Positions 15,001-27,878 of a stretch of DNA of 64,000 bases are shown here, piece by piece. Source of the stretch: Octopus bimaculoides (Eukaryota); the NCBI RefSeq assembly GCF_001194135.2, contig NC_068983.1, forward strand, positions 157,434,471 through 157,498,470, given 5' to 3'. The notes below the pieces were generated by a model. It ran no database searches and was not told the DNA's origin. It was given only the letters and a program-made list of their open reading frames with translations. Each line of letters opens with the position of its first letter. Positions within the stretch are counted from its first letter, which is position 1. The position numbers were made by a program, and so were the translations under genes.

Positions 15001-18000
15001 TTGCATGTATATGAACTGCGATGCTGCATGGTAATGAGATTTGGGCCCTGAATGTGGAGGACATGGGAAGGCTGCAGAGGAATGAAGTTGCTATGCTCTG
15101 CAGGACATGCAATGTCAGTGTGCATGTACAACAGTATTGGTGTATTGAGGGAGAGGTTGGGCATAAGAGGAATTATATGCAATGTACAAGAGAGGAGACT
15201 GTGCTGGTTTGAACATGTGATACAGTTGGATGAAGACAGTTGCATAAAGTAGTGCCGATCACTTAAAATGGAAGAAAGTTGTGGAAGAAGGAGACTCAAG
15301 AAGACATGGGATGAGATTTTGAAGGCTGATCTCGAAACACTGATTACAAAAACGATGACAGACGACTTGAGACACGTGACTCTTTGATGGACTTGAAGAC
15401 ACTGCCACCACAGTGGAATTAAGAGCCTAAAACCAATGTTCCATGTAAAAAGCATAGTTGTGGGTGCTGGTGCCACTTAAAAAACACCTGTGATGATGCC
15501 ACGTAAGCACCCAGTACACTGTGGAGTGGTTAGTATCACCAGCAAGAGCATCCAGTTGTAGAAACCAAGCCAAAACAGACTATGGAATCTAGTGCAGCCC
15601 CAAGATTTACCAGTTCCTGTCAAGCCATCCAGCCCATGTCAGCATGGAAAACAGACATTACATGATGATGATTCTTGTTGTTTTGAATTCATCATGCATT
15701 ATCTCATTGCTTTGAGATTTCTATAATGTAATTGTTTCTTTTTAGAATGACATTGTAGAGTAAGTGTGAGAGGCTGGATGTGGCCAGTTACATTGCAAAA
15801 CAGGGAGAATATTTCAGCTGGTATGGCTGGTTTAAGTACTAAAGGGTTACATTAGAGCAAGTATTTTATTTGGATAAGTTAGCAATAGCTAACTATTCAG
15901 CTTTCTAGTTATTTAGTATTTAACCTAATACAAGGAGAACAGTACACAGCTATAACTAAATCTACTCTCTAACTACTAAGCAACTGCATCTATCATACCA
16001 TCTTGCTGATTTTACATTCACTTTTTCCATGATCATATTTGGATGAGCTTGCTATGAGTATGTTTCTGTATTTTATTCCTTTCTTTTTGACATTGCTGCA
16101 CTACACAATTGCTGAGGTACAGCAAATATATATGCTTATTTCAACTTGATTAACTTGCAAAAAAACATAACTTAACTATACCATTCTACAGTAGAAGCTA
16201 CTCACCTATTCCTGTATAGAAAACTAAAATATAAAATGTTATTTGTATTAAGATTACTGAACAGAATATTTGTTTTATTTCTAGGTTTGAAACTTCAAGG
16301 TGCTGTTTGTAAAGAAAACAAGCTTCACTTATCCTCCACTATTTCTACAGATCTACCCAGTACTTTACTCCGTTGGGTCAAGTGAGTATATGTTGTTTTT
16401 GTTTTTCATCAGTAATATTTTCATGTGTGTATATATATCATCATCATCGTTTAACATCCGCTTTCCATGCTAGCATGGGTTGGACGATTTGACTGAGGAC
16501 TGGTGCAACCGGATGGCTACACCAGGCTCCAATATATATATATTACAAATGTGACTAGGCTATTAGGGACACCCACATTGCTAGAAATAAGAGCTCTTAT
16601 TTCCAGCAATGTAGGTGTTTTCCTAACACCCTAGTCACATTTAGTGACTTTTGTAAGTCTCCTTTTTAGTGAAACATTGCAAACTGCTGTTAATTAAATA
16701 TATATATATATATATATATCTTAGTCATTGGGCTGCAGCCATGCTGGGGGCACCACCTTAAAGGGTTTAGTTGAACAAATCAACCCCAATATTTATTCTA
16801 GGAGTCTCTTTTGTTGAATCTTCTAAGTTAGACATAAGCAAACCAACACCAGTTGTCAAGCAGTGGTGGAGGACAAACACGCACACACACATAGATATGT
16901 ATATGATGGGCTTCTTTTAGTTTCCGTCGACCAAAGGCTTTGGTTGGCCCAGGGCTATAGTAGACACTTCCCCAAGGTGTTACACAGTGGGACTGAACCT
17001 GGAACCATGTGATTGGGAAGAAGCAAACTTACTGCACAGCCATGTGTGTGTGTACACTCACATACACACACACACACATGCATGCACATGCCTCACATGG
17101 ACATATGTATATATTCACACTTATATATCATACACAAAGAAGGAAGGGAAACAAAGCATGTAGTTCTTTATAGAGGCGGCAGTGGAGGTAGGTGAGCAGA
17201 AGTGGGTACATTGGTTGCCCCATATGTTGCTTTTCCCCTTTGATACTGTTACAGCTGGGTTTAAAAGAAAAGAATTAAACTGGTATTTAATACCAGAAAA
17301 TAATTTTCAAATTTTAGCTCAAGGCCAGCTATTTTAGGGAGGGGAGTAAGTCAATTACATTGACCCCAGTACTTGACTGGTACTTTATCAACCTTGGTAG
17401 AATTTAAACTCAGAACATAGAGTTGGAAGAATTTCCACTAAGCATTTTTTCCTGTCCAGTAACAATTCTGTCAACTCAACTTATTTACAGAAAATAATAA
17501 GCATGACAACTACTGAATAATTAACGAGTTATTCAGTAAAACTAATGGAAACGAAGATAAATAGTAAGCATGCTGCTTGTTGTTAAGCTGAAGGAGAAGA
17601 GGGCACTGCAACGCTTTTGAGTTACATAGTTACAAAAAGATTTAACGTTTAGCTGAATCAGTGTTCCTCACTTGCTTATGTAATGAACAAATTATCCTCT
17701 TCTCAAATAATCTAATGGGGTAAACATTTTTGCCATTGGTTTTAATTTCTGAAGTATTGCCAAAAAGAACCTTCTCCAAGTTATTCTTTCAATTTTAAAT
17801 AACTGTTTCAGAATTTTGTATTGCCCCCCCCCTCTCTTTCTCTTTCACAGAAATGTAAATAATAGCTGGAGTTATTTGTTACTCTAAATTTTAGCAAATA
17901 TCAGTTTGTTTACATATATATATATATATATATGAAATATACACATACATACACGAATGTAGAATTGTTTTAATTGTTAGCTTTTTGGAATTGCTTAAAG

Positions 18001-18294
18001 TATATTTTTAAAAATATATAAGATCATTTTAGTTTTAAAATAAAGCAAATCTTTATGTGACACAATCTGATTAATAAAGAAAATAATTTTTTTGTGTTAT
18101 ATCAAATTTAACCTTTTTGTTTATTTAGGAAAGATGACACTTTTAAGAAAGAACACAGAGTTACTCTTCCTGTGTACCTGAATGCAGCCCGAGTTCAGTT
18201 ACTGTTCACTTTGGAATTTGAAACTGATGGAAGAACCACTGAACATGAATTTTATGAGAGAGGTGTCGGTGTTATTAGTTCTGATTTAGCCTAA
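65..18294 (+). CDS. DYNC1H1: Cytoplasmic dynein 1 heavy chain, 3' part (end of motor domain plus C-terminal domain); 19 coding exons, gene starts upstream of the window
   Basis: Exons, all AG/GT bounded with consistent phase: 65-159, 1513-1615, 2498-2566, 2819-2894, 4211-4371, 4591-4702, 5264-5448, 6182-6295, 7469-7639, 7726-7827, 8827-8948, 11277-11380, 11986-12152, 12685-12877, 13202-13344, 14255-14365, 14757-14817, 16285-16381, 18129-18294. Total 2352 nt = 783 aa + TAA. Spliced peptide has dynein-1 motifs [124 protein letters not shown] and FYERGV. Confidence 0.98.
11652..11724. repeat. Minisatellite (AATATATTATC) x6.6 in a dynein intron
   Basis: Six perfect 11-bp units plus a partial unit. 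Confidence 0.95.
13862..14071. mobile_element. piggyBac-type MITE (210 bp) in a dynein intron
   Basis: TTAA|CCCCTTGCAGAC...GTCTGCAAGAGG|TTAA: 12-bp TIR with one mismatch and TTAA TSD. Confidence 0.8.
14975..15672 (+). mobile_element. RTE-like LINE 3' fragment in a dynein intron
   Basis: [22 protein letters not shown]...[25 protein letters not shown], then the shared 3' tail ending (ATG)n. Confidence 0.8.
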
Positions 18295-18382
18295 GCAAAG
18301 AAAACAACCAAAAGAGTTATTCATTACGATATTTCATATTGGTAATACTATAATATTTGTACTAGAACTGCACAAAGTTATC

Positions 18383-18388
18383 AATAAA
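18383..18388 (+). promoter_or_regulatory. Candidate polyadenylation signal of the dynein gene
   Basis: AATAAA about 90 nt after the TAA, followed by a T/GT-rich tract. Confidence 0.55.
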
Positions 18389-18884
18389 GGTATATGCTTA
18401 TAAATTGGTGTTTGTATTTTCTATGTACTGAGCTGTTAGGAAGAATATGGTTTTGGTTCAACAGAAATATATTTGCTATGTTTCCTCTTTTTAATATTTA
18501 ATATGACAACAAAAACTTTTCAGTTGGTGTGTTCAAAATTAGGCTATTGAGTTATTTAGAGCATCAATATATATTTAAGTTTAAAAAGTGATAAGATTAA
18601 ATGTTGGCAAATTTATTTGGATGAATATCTGATGTTCCGTACGAGTAGTGATAAGATAATGTTATGGATGAAGATGTTTTGTCTTTTACTTATTTCATTG
18701 ATTGGACTGTGGCCATGCTGGGGTATCACCTTGAAGAAATTTAGTTGAATAAATCAACCTCAACACTCAATTTTTTTAAAGCCCATTCCTTATTCTATCA
18801 GCTTCTTATGCTGAACCACTAAGAGGGATGTAAGCAAACCAATACTGGTTGTCAAGTGGTGATGTGACACATGTAGTTTCTTGC

Positions 18885-19370
18885 AAATCTATAGTAACAA
18901 AGGACCTCTCCCTCAGAATGAAAGATTGTATAATGCCTGTGTACAAACTGCCATGCTACATGGCAGCGAAATTGGGCTGTGACTGAAGAGGACATGCAAT
19001 GGCTTGAAAGAAATGAAGCCAGCGTGCTCTAATACAGGGGTTTTCAAACTTTTTGACTTGCGGACCCCTTTATATTTCAGGCTTTACCTTAGGGACCCCC
19101 TTATAAACGCTTATGAAATTTATACATAAATATTTGCTTAAAATAACATATTTTTACATTTATTTATTTAACAGTATTTAACAAATAGGTTTATTGTCAA
19201 TTAAAAGATTTCGATTAATAAACATATATAAAATCAAATTGCCCATAAAATGTTTTTGCTGTCTACGGACCCCCTGTTTTGTCCTTGCGGACCCCCCTGT
19301 GGTCCACGGACCACAGTTTGAAAACCCCTGCTCTAATAGATGTGCAGTGTCAGTGCATGTAGGAGGCACC
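18885..19370 (+). mobile_element. RTE-like LINE fragment split by the hAT MITE
   Basis: LYNACVQTAMLHGSE..AVTEEDMQWLERNEASV [MITE] MCSVS. Confidence 0.75.
19035..19330. mobile_element. hAT MITE (296 bp) inserted into a LINE fragment
   Basis: Perfect 15-bp TIR CAGGGGTTTTCAAAC/GTTTGAAAACCCCTG; perfect 8-bp TSD CTCTAATA (19027-19034, 19331-19338). Confidence 0.92.
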
Positions 19371-19554
19371 TACCTAAGGTACCATGCAATGGGACTGAAA
19401 TCAGAACCATGTGGTTGGGAGGCTATCGTCTTAACATGCAGCCACGTTTGAGAAATTTTTTTCAGTTATGAGTTACATGATTATGAATAAAATTCAGCTA
19501 GTTTTAATATAAAACTGAACTTTGAAACAATATTCAATATTTCACTTAATATTT

Positions 19555-20392
19555 ATCATCATTTAACATCCATTTTTCTACGACAGCATGGGTTAGATAG
19601 TTTAACTGGAACTGGAGAGCTGCTCCTGTCATCTATTTTGGCTTGGTTTCTATGGCTGGATGTCCTTAACACCAACCACCTTACAGTGTAGTGGGTGACA
19701 TTTACATATCACCAGCATGGGTGCCTCTCGTGTTTTACTATCACTGGCCACGACAAAACACAACAAATTGCCACAAGTCTCAGTCACTTGTCATTGCCTC
19801 TGGGAGCTTCAACAATTGAAGATCATATTTCACCACCACATCCCACATCTTGGGCTATCCCTTCAACTGCTTACCTCCACAATTAGAGATCAGCACTTGA
19901 TACAGCTCTCAGCATCCATATGCATCACATAACCATACTGGCACAGTCTTCTCTCTTGTACACTACATTGATTCCTCTTGTATCCAATATTTTCATTCAA
20001 AACAGTCAGACATGCACACTGACATTGCACATCTATTGGAGCATACTGGCTTCATTTCTTTCAAACCTTTGCATGTCCTCTGCAGTGACAGCCCAATTTC
20101 ACTGCTGTGTAGCATGGCTGTTTATACACAGGCATCATACAGTCTTTCACTGAGAGAGAGGTCCTTTGTTACTGACAAAGGTAGGTCTGTGAATTTTGCC
20201 CAGCTCATTCTTATTCATGCAACTATGCTCTGAGCGTCTTCCTCCACTGCTGACTTATTCACCTAGTTAATGGAAACTATCAACTACTAAATATTCCCTC
20301 CCCGGGCATTTGAGGAAGTCTGTTTTCTGTACATTCCTAGTGTTTATTATACCTGCACATCTACCACACACAAAGACTATTTTCTTTGTTAC
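19555..20392 (-). mobile_element. RTE-like LINE 3' fragment
   Basis: KIVFVCGRCAGII...VVDSF, RLYDACV...HGSE, and the common 3' tail. Confidence 0.8.
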
Positions 20393-21451
20393 NNNNNNNN
20401 NNNNNNNNNNNNNNNNNNNNNNNNNNNNNNNNNNNNNNNNNNNNNNNNNNNNNNNNNNNNNNNNNNNNNNNNNNNNNNNNNNNNNNNNNNNNNNNNNNNN
20501 NNNNNNNNNNNNNNNNNNNNNNNNNNNNNNNNNNNNNNNNNNNNNNNNNNNNNNNNNNNNNNNNNNNNNNNNNNNNNNNNNNNNNNNNNNNNNNNNNNNN
20601 NNNNNNNNNNNNNNNNNNNNNNNNNNNNNNNNNNNNNNNNNNNNNNNNNNNNNNNNNNNNNNNNNNNNNNNNNNNNNNNNNNNNNNNNNNNNNNNNNNNN
20701 NNNNNNNNNNNNNNNNNNNNNNNNNNNNNNNNNNNNNNNNNNNNNNNNNNNNNNNNNNNNNNNNNNNNNNNNNNNNNNNNNNNNNNNNNNNNNNNNNNNN
20801 NNNNNNNNNNNNNNNNNNNNNNNNNNNNNNNNNNNNNNNNNNNNNNNNNNNNNNNNNNNNNNNNNNNNNNNNNNNNNNNNNNNNNNNNNNNNNNNNNNNN
20901 NNNNNNNNNNNNNNNNNNNNNNNNNNNNNNNNNNNNNNNNNNNNNNNNNNNNNNNNNNNNNNNNNNNNNNNNNCAGAAGGCTTTGGTCGGCCCGAGGCTA
21001 TAGTAGAAGACATTTGCCCAAGATGCCACGCAGTGGGACTGAACCCGGAACCATGTGGTTGGTAAGCAAGCTACGTATTTTTAATCAGCATGAGTAAGTT
21101 GCTTCTTGAAAATTAGCTATTTTGTGTATTTAGATAGCTCACGGGTTTTACAGCAAGATCCCCTAATATTTAAAGTCTCAACTCAAAATTGTGAGTGGTA
21201 CCAGCTATCAGCCAGAATCAAAGCAAGTAGATTAATGGGTTTTAATGCACTGTTTAATCATGTCTTCTGATATCTAGCTCCTCAATTTTAAAGCTGTTGT
21301 GCTTCACAACTCTAGATAGTATTTAAATGTTGACATGGTTTATCTTAAAGGTGAGACAAAGATATTGGGCTACACTGCTTTTGAGTGTTAATTTTCATTC
21401 TTTTATTTGCTTTAGTCATTTGTCTGGGGCCCAGTTTTGAAGGGTTTAGTC

Positions 21452-24400
21452 CAGTGGTTCCCAAACCGTGTGACGCAAGATGGATGTAATTAGGTGCGCC
21501 TCGAAAAAGACATTTCAAAATATGAAAAATACATAGTGAAATTCACTAGAAAGTTCGTATATGAGTCAAAGCGGCAAAAAACTAAATACTAAGTTCTAAA
21601 TTAAGAATAAGAGGTGGTTGTGTCATTCAATTCATTTAGGCTAATTATGGTATGACTTATTCGATTTTGAATTTGAAATTTCATAAGGATAAGAACTAGT
21701 ATCAATCTATCCTCGAAATTGATGTCTTTTGGACATATTCAGTGCACGACTATGTTTCGTTTTATTTCAGTCGTAGCCTCAGCAGTTTTCATTTCAATAA
21801 TAAGTGTGAAAAATAAACTATTGAACTAAAATATACGATGTTGAACTAACTCTTTTAATACATCCTCACATATTGTGGCTATATTTCAATTTTTTTCATT
21901 CATGTCATCATCATCATCATTTAACGTCAGTTTTCCGTGCTGGCATGGGGTGGATGGTTTGACTGGTGGACTGGCAGGCCAATGTTTCTACAGCTGGATG
22001 CCCTTCCTAGCACCAACCACTCCGAGAGTGTAGTGGCTGCTTTTTATGTGCCACCAGCATGGGAGCCAGCCAGTCAGGCGGCACTGGCATCAACCACATT
22101 CAGATAGTGCTTTTTATATGCTACCAACACAGGAGCGGTCAGTGGGGGCTGGCAACGATCCACACTTGAATGGTGCTTATTAAGTGCATGTCAAAATTCG
22201 TACATGTTCGTACATGTCAAAATTCTTTATTCATTTAATTTCTAATGAACATAAATGGGATATACCAATACTATATTTGCATACAAATACATAAACTAAG
22301 AATATGCAAAAGAAACTAATAAATTATAGTAATTAATGAATTTATATACAAATATAAATATTTAGGGGTGAAAAAAGTATTCGTACAGAATGAATTTGAG
22401 TTTCTATGCCACAAAATATTGTTGAAATAATTTTTTTTTTTTTTTACTAGAACTTTCTCGTTTGTTCCAGTAATCTTATCTGTAGTCATTTTTAAGTGTC
22501 AAAACGCTAGCTTCTTCATTCAGCACTGAGACAACATAAAGTAGTGTCAATTTGACTCTATTAGTAATCTGTGCAATATAATTCATATTAAGACTAAACT
22601 ACCCATAAAATGGAAAAGGGGAAACATAACTGTGACTATTATCTGAAAGTGAACGTTCGTCAAAAGCAACTAAGCGTAGTGATAATAATGTGAAAGCTCG
22701 ACCCAATTGTAAATATTGCAATAGCTATTTAAAGTTTGGGTTCCATTGGACTGGCAAAAAGGATCAACCTCTTCTGCTGTGTGTTGTTTGTGTTGAAAAG
22801 ATGTCTAATGAAGGCAAGTTGTTTTGCCAGTTGAAAAGACATTTTATGACTAAACACATTTTCAATGTAAAGATCTGAATTATTTCCAAAGACTGCTAGA
22901 AGATCCAATTTTTCTCTCGTAACTTTCAGGAAAATGGATATATATTGATGAAATTTTATAAAAAATACTGTTCAAATGGCACAAATTATGGTTATAAAGA
23001 AATTTCTGGGGAGAATTTTTCCAAAGGAGTGGAGAGAGGACTTGGAAAATTCACATGATCGTTTTTTTTTTTTTTTCCCCTCATAACTTTCAGGAAAATG
23101 GACATCCTTTAATGAAATTTTACAGAAACTCCTTTCAAACAGCATAGATTACGATTATAAAGAAATTTGTGGAGAAAATGTTTTTCCAGAGGACTGTCAG
23201 AAAGTTCATGTGGTATCCATTTTTCTGAAAGTTACGAGGGAAAAAATCGGATTGTGAATTTTTTGAAAGTCCTCTCACCACCCATTTGTTTGTGCAAATT
23301 TTTGTTTTCNNNNNNNNNNNNNNNNNNNNNNNNNNNNNNNNNNNNNNNNNNNNNNNNNNNNNNNNNNNNNNNNNNNNNNNNNNNNNNNNNNNNNNNNNNN
23401 NNNNNNNNNNNNNNNNNNNNNNNNNNNNNNNNNNNNNNNNNNNNNNNNNNNNNNNNNNNNNNNNNNNNNNNNNNNNNNNNNNNNNNNNNNNNNNNNNNNN
23501 NNNNNNNNNNNACAAATTTCTTTATAATCGTAATCTATGCTGTTTGAAAGGTGTTTCTGTAAAATTTCATTAAAAGGTATCCCTTTTCCTGAAAGTTATG
23601 AGGGGGGAAAAAATGGATCATGTGAATTTTCTGACAGTCCTCTCTCCACCTCTTCAGAAAAAATTTTCCCCAGAAATTTCTTCATGATCATAATTTGTGC
23701 CATTTGAACGGTATTTCTATATATATCCATTTTCCTGAAAGTTATGAGGGAAAAATCAGATCTTGTGAATTTTCCAAAAGTCCTCTCAATTTTGGGCTTC
23801 AAAGTTAGAATATTTAACCAAGATATTTGCACAACTTAACAGCGTCAACACAAGTATGCAAGGTAGAAATGAAAACATTCTCAATTCAACAGATAAGCTG
23901 GTTTCATTTAAAAAGAAAGTTGCAATTTGGAAAAATAGAGCTGAAGGTGGTAACTTCGAAATGTTTCCCTTAATACGTAAAAGCTGCATAAAAAGAAATG
24001 ATTCCTATTGTGTTTGAACATTTGACAAATCTAGAAGAAAATATAAACTTATTTTCTGTCGTTGAACACAGAAGAGTATGATTGGGTTTGAAATCCCTTC
24101 ATAAAAATTCCATCTAATATTGGTCTGAAAATATGTGAAGAGGAATTGGCATCTATATCCAGTGATCGTGGACTTTAAATTAAATATGCTGAGTTACCTA
24201 TTGGTATATTTTGGATTGTTATTATACAAGAATACCCCTCAGTAGCAAAAAAGGCTTTATCCATTTTGATACAGTTTTCCACATCGTATTTATGTGAGTT
24301 GGGATTTTCAACCCTCAGTAACATCAAATCCCAAAAAAAGAGATAGGCTCTATTACATCAAATAAGAAATGAGAGCTTGTCTTTCTCAAATACATCCCAA

Positions 24401-24627
24401 TATTGAAAACATTTCTCATTGATAATTTTGCTTCATATATTGAATAAAGAGTAAGTACATGCAATTTTTCTGTATTTTTAATTATATATATTACTTTATA
24501 GTTTATGCTATGCTAATATGTATAAAACCCCTTTTGAATAAATTTTAGAATTTATGTACAAAGAGCACCAAAATATTTTGACTTCTTGTAAGGTGTGCTG
24601 TGAGTAAAAAAAGTTTGGGAACCATTG
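21452..24627 (+). mobile_element. Decayed hAT (Charlie/Buster-like) transposon, 3.2 kb, with nested insertions
   Basis: TIR CAGTGGTTCCCAAAC / GTTTGGGAACCATTG; perfect 8-bp TSD GTTTAGTC on both sides. N-terminal zinc-finger remnant at 22690-22878 (YLKFGFHWTG...LCVVC.EKMSNE...LKRHFMTKH). C-terminal dimerisation remnant at ~23820-24400 (FSTSYLCELGFSTL). Confidence 0.92.
22895..23792. repeat. Foldback-like element with long modular inverted arms inside the hAT
   Basis: Module TAACTTTCAGGAAAATGG...GAAATTTT...TATAAAGAAATTT repeated on + at ~22920 and ~23085, and in reverse complement at ~23220, ~23585 and ~23730. Central N-gap; boundaries approximate. Confidence 0.7.
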
Positions 24628-25257
24628 GTTTAGTCAAACCAATTGATCTCAGTAGCTATTTATTTTTAGTGTGGTATTTGCTCTATCAGCCTCTTATGAC
24701 AAATCAGTGTCACAGGGACCTAAACCAATGAACACTAGTTGTCAAGTAGTGCAGGGACACCACTTGAAACAGAGATATGTATACACACACACACACTTGT
24801 GATGGGCTTCCATTGAGTAGTTCTCATCTACATCATTCACTTACAAAAGATTGGTTGGCCCAAGGTTATAGTAAGAGACACTTGTCCAAGGTGGTGCACA
24901 GTGGGACTGATCCTGAAACCATGTGGCTGCAAAGTGAATTTTTTAACTCCTCAACCATGCTGACATAAGATGATTTTATAAGGTTTTGTTTCTAAAATTT
25001 ACTCAACCAACAATGACAATTGTTTCTTCTTCAATATAGATTTTGCAATTCTACTTTTCCATTACTGGTGCATCAGAATATGTCAATGTCTGACAAAGTT
25101 TGAAAATATTTTTTGTTTATGTAAAATTAAAGTTTAGCCTCTGGATTAAGTTAGTAGAATCTAATCTCAAGTACACTGCAATGATAGCTCTTTGTCCTAA
25201 AGAATTATCGAAAAACTATATATTTTTGATAGTAAAAACACCCCAACAATATAGTTA

Positions 25258-25417
25258 TCATCATCATCGTTTAACGTCCGCTTTCCATGCTAGCATGGGT
25301 TGGACGATTTGACTGAGGACTGGTGAAACCGGATGGCAACACCAGGCTCCAATCTAAATTTGGCAGAGTTTCTACAGCTGGATGCCCTTCCTAACGCCAA
25401 CCACTCAGAGAGTGTAG
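25258..25417 (-). repeat. Young LINE/SINE 3'-tail insertion
   Basis: Near-identical to 46031-46193 and 33130-33310; possible TSD TAGTTAT. Confidence 0.85.
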
Positions 25418-25999
25418 TTATGCAAGTACAAATTGATGTAAGCAATGAGAAAAACCTACACAAATAAAGAACAAGTCCAACCATGAAAACTGCTGTTAAT
25501 GCTTTCATTATCTAGCTGCTTTCTCACATTCATGATCTTTTTTTTTTTCTTTATTGCTTCCTTGTTCTTTCCACTGAATCGACCATCCTACATTCCATTT
25601 GCACCAGTAAACAATAATATAGACAACCTTTAGGCGTTTGTCCTTTGAATAAAACAAAAGCCAGTCCCTCAAAATTTAACCCATGTCAAAAACAATGATT
25701 AACACTGTTCAATGTATTCTTATAGTCATAAGATAGAGTTTCCCAATAATTTTAACAATGCCAATACAATCCTAACTATTCAAATTAGTACTCAGATATT
25801 TGACACCTCACCCAGATTCATAAAGTCCTCCTAACTTTATAACAACTGCATACCCCTTTCTCTACCCCATAGTGGGAGTGGAGTTGTCAACTTTTGATAT
25901 AATAAATGTATCTGTCCTCTGTACGCAAAGTATTGAGTTCTGTACCAGATAACATTGTTAGCACAATGTAAAATATATTTCAATATACTTTACAACTAT

Positions 26000-27245
26000 T
26001 TAGGTTGTCAAGTATGAAATTTGTAGAAAAGAAAAAAAAGTTTGCTAATGTTTTATAAATACAAGGAATAGTTTTATTTATCAAAATATGCACCCATATT
26101 ATTAATACACTTCTGCCATTTCAGCAGTAGTTTGTCCAGCCCGGAACTGTAAAAGCCTAGCAATCTAGAGTCGATAAAATCTTGGAAGGCCTGTTTTACA
26201 GCATCGTCAGAAGAAGTGGTAGTCAGTGGAAGAAGTGGTGGTCAGTGGAGGCAAGATCAGGTGAGTATGGTGGATGATGGAGAACTTCCAACTCCTGTAG
26301 TTTCGCCAATGTCACTTTCTCAATGTGTGGTCTGGCATTGTCTTGCAATAAAATAGGAGTGGATCTGTCGACTAATCTAGTGTCTTTTTGTAAGTTTCTG
26401 CATCATTTGGTCCAGTTGGCTGCAGTATACTTCGGCTGTGATGGATGAGCCAGGTTTAATGAACTCATAATGGATCACATCTGCACCAGACCACCAAACA
26501 AACACCATCAGCTTCTTTCGATAAATTTTGCTTTTTGGACTGTGTTTTGGTGACTCGTCTTTGTCCAACCATTGTGCTGAACTTTTATGGTTGTTGTATT
26601 GGATCCATTTCTCATCACATGTTACAATTCGATTAAAAAATGATTCAATTTTGTGACGAGAAAGTAGCATAATGCAGGCTTCCAAATATTGCTGTTTCTG
26701 ATTTTCATTGAGTTCATGTGGAACCTACTCATCCATCTTTATCACTTTACCAATTTGAACTAGGTGAGTCGATATTGTTTGCTTGCTAACACCAAACAAC
26801 AACGATAATTCATGGGCAATTTGAGATGGATCTGACTCGACGGTGGCTTTCCGTTCGTCATTATCTACCTTTGTTTCTAGTTGACTGCGTTGCTCATTTG
26901 TGAGGTCAAAGTTACCAGAATGAAGTTTTGCAAACCAATTTGATACTGTATGCTGTGTAATAAAATTAGAATGAAATTCCAAGCTGTCTGTAATGCTGTA
27001 TTTCCAAGAAAGAACTCATATTTCAAAACTGTATGCATTTCTGACTTATCCATCTCTAAACATAAGTAACAAAAAACAATTTATAAATACTTTATAAAGT
27101 GCAAAATGAGTTATAATAAAGAAATAGGTCTGTCAGCTTTCTAATAAAAAAAATAAAGATTGTCAAAATATTATAATGGCACAAATTGAGCAGCTGTCAA
27201 AGTTTATCATATACCTTACTACAAATTTCATACTTGACAACCTAA
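26000..27245 (-). mobile_element. Near full-length mariner (DD34D-type) element, 1.25 kb, with inactivated transposase
   Basis: Perfect 27-bp TIRs TTAGGTTGTCAAGTATGAAATTTGTAG (26000-26026 / 27219-27245) with TA flanks. Transposase from ATG at 27053: MDE*VPHEL (WVPHEL with TGG>TAG), IVTCDEKW, LQDNARPH, HPPYSPDLA; several frameshifts. Confidence 0.93.
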
Positions 27246-27878
27246 TATATATAATATATATTGTCCCACCCACATAAATACTCTCTCTCTCTCTCTCTCT
27301 CTATCTCTCCACCACTATCATCAACGCCAAAATCAATACAACTACTTCCAATTTCAACCCACCAACTCCTTGGTAACCAACAACAACAGCAGCAGCAGCA
27401 ACAAGAGTATGAACAAGATAAGCAACTCTATCTAAAACAAGGCAATGATATGAGATAATGTGGTTACAGACATATTTTAAAAATTGAACAAAATGTCTCT
27501 GATCTTAGGTCAATAAAGATTGACTTAAGACTAACTAGTAGCAAAAATACAAGCAGCAAGAACTGCCACTGCAAAAAATACTTCCCACCATCATTGACAC
27601 TACAACAAATCCATCAACTTTTGAATAACCAACTGATAACAACAATAGTATCATTATGATAGCAATGTTTGTAACTACATACATTTTGTCCACACAGCAG
27701 TGTGTATGTTTGTGTGCATGAGTAGATTGTGGAGTTTTTATGACATAAGTCAGACGTGTAAGGGGCGAAGTGCCCATGAATCTGGTAATCTTTCAAATAA
27801 CTGTAATCGTACAGTATTTCCTCCTTCCACCACACTTCATCTTTTCATCTTCTTTCTATTTTTACATTTATAGGAATA

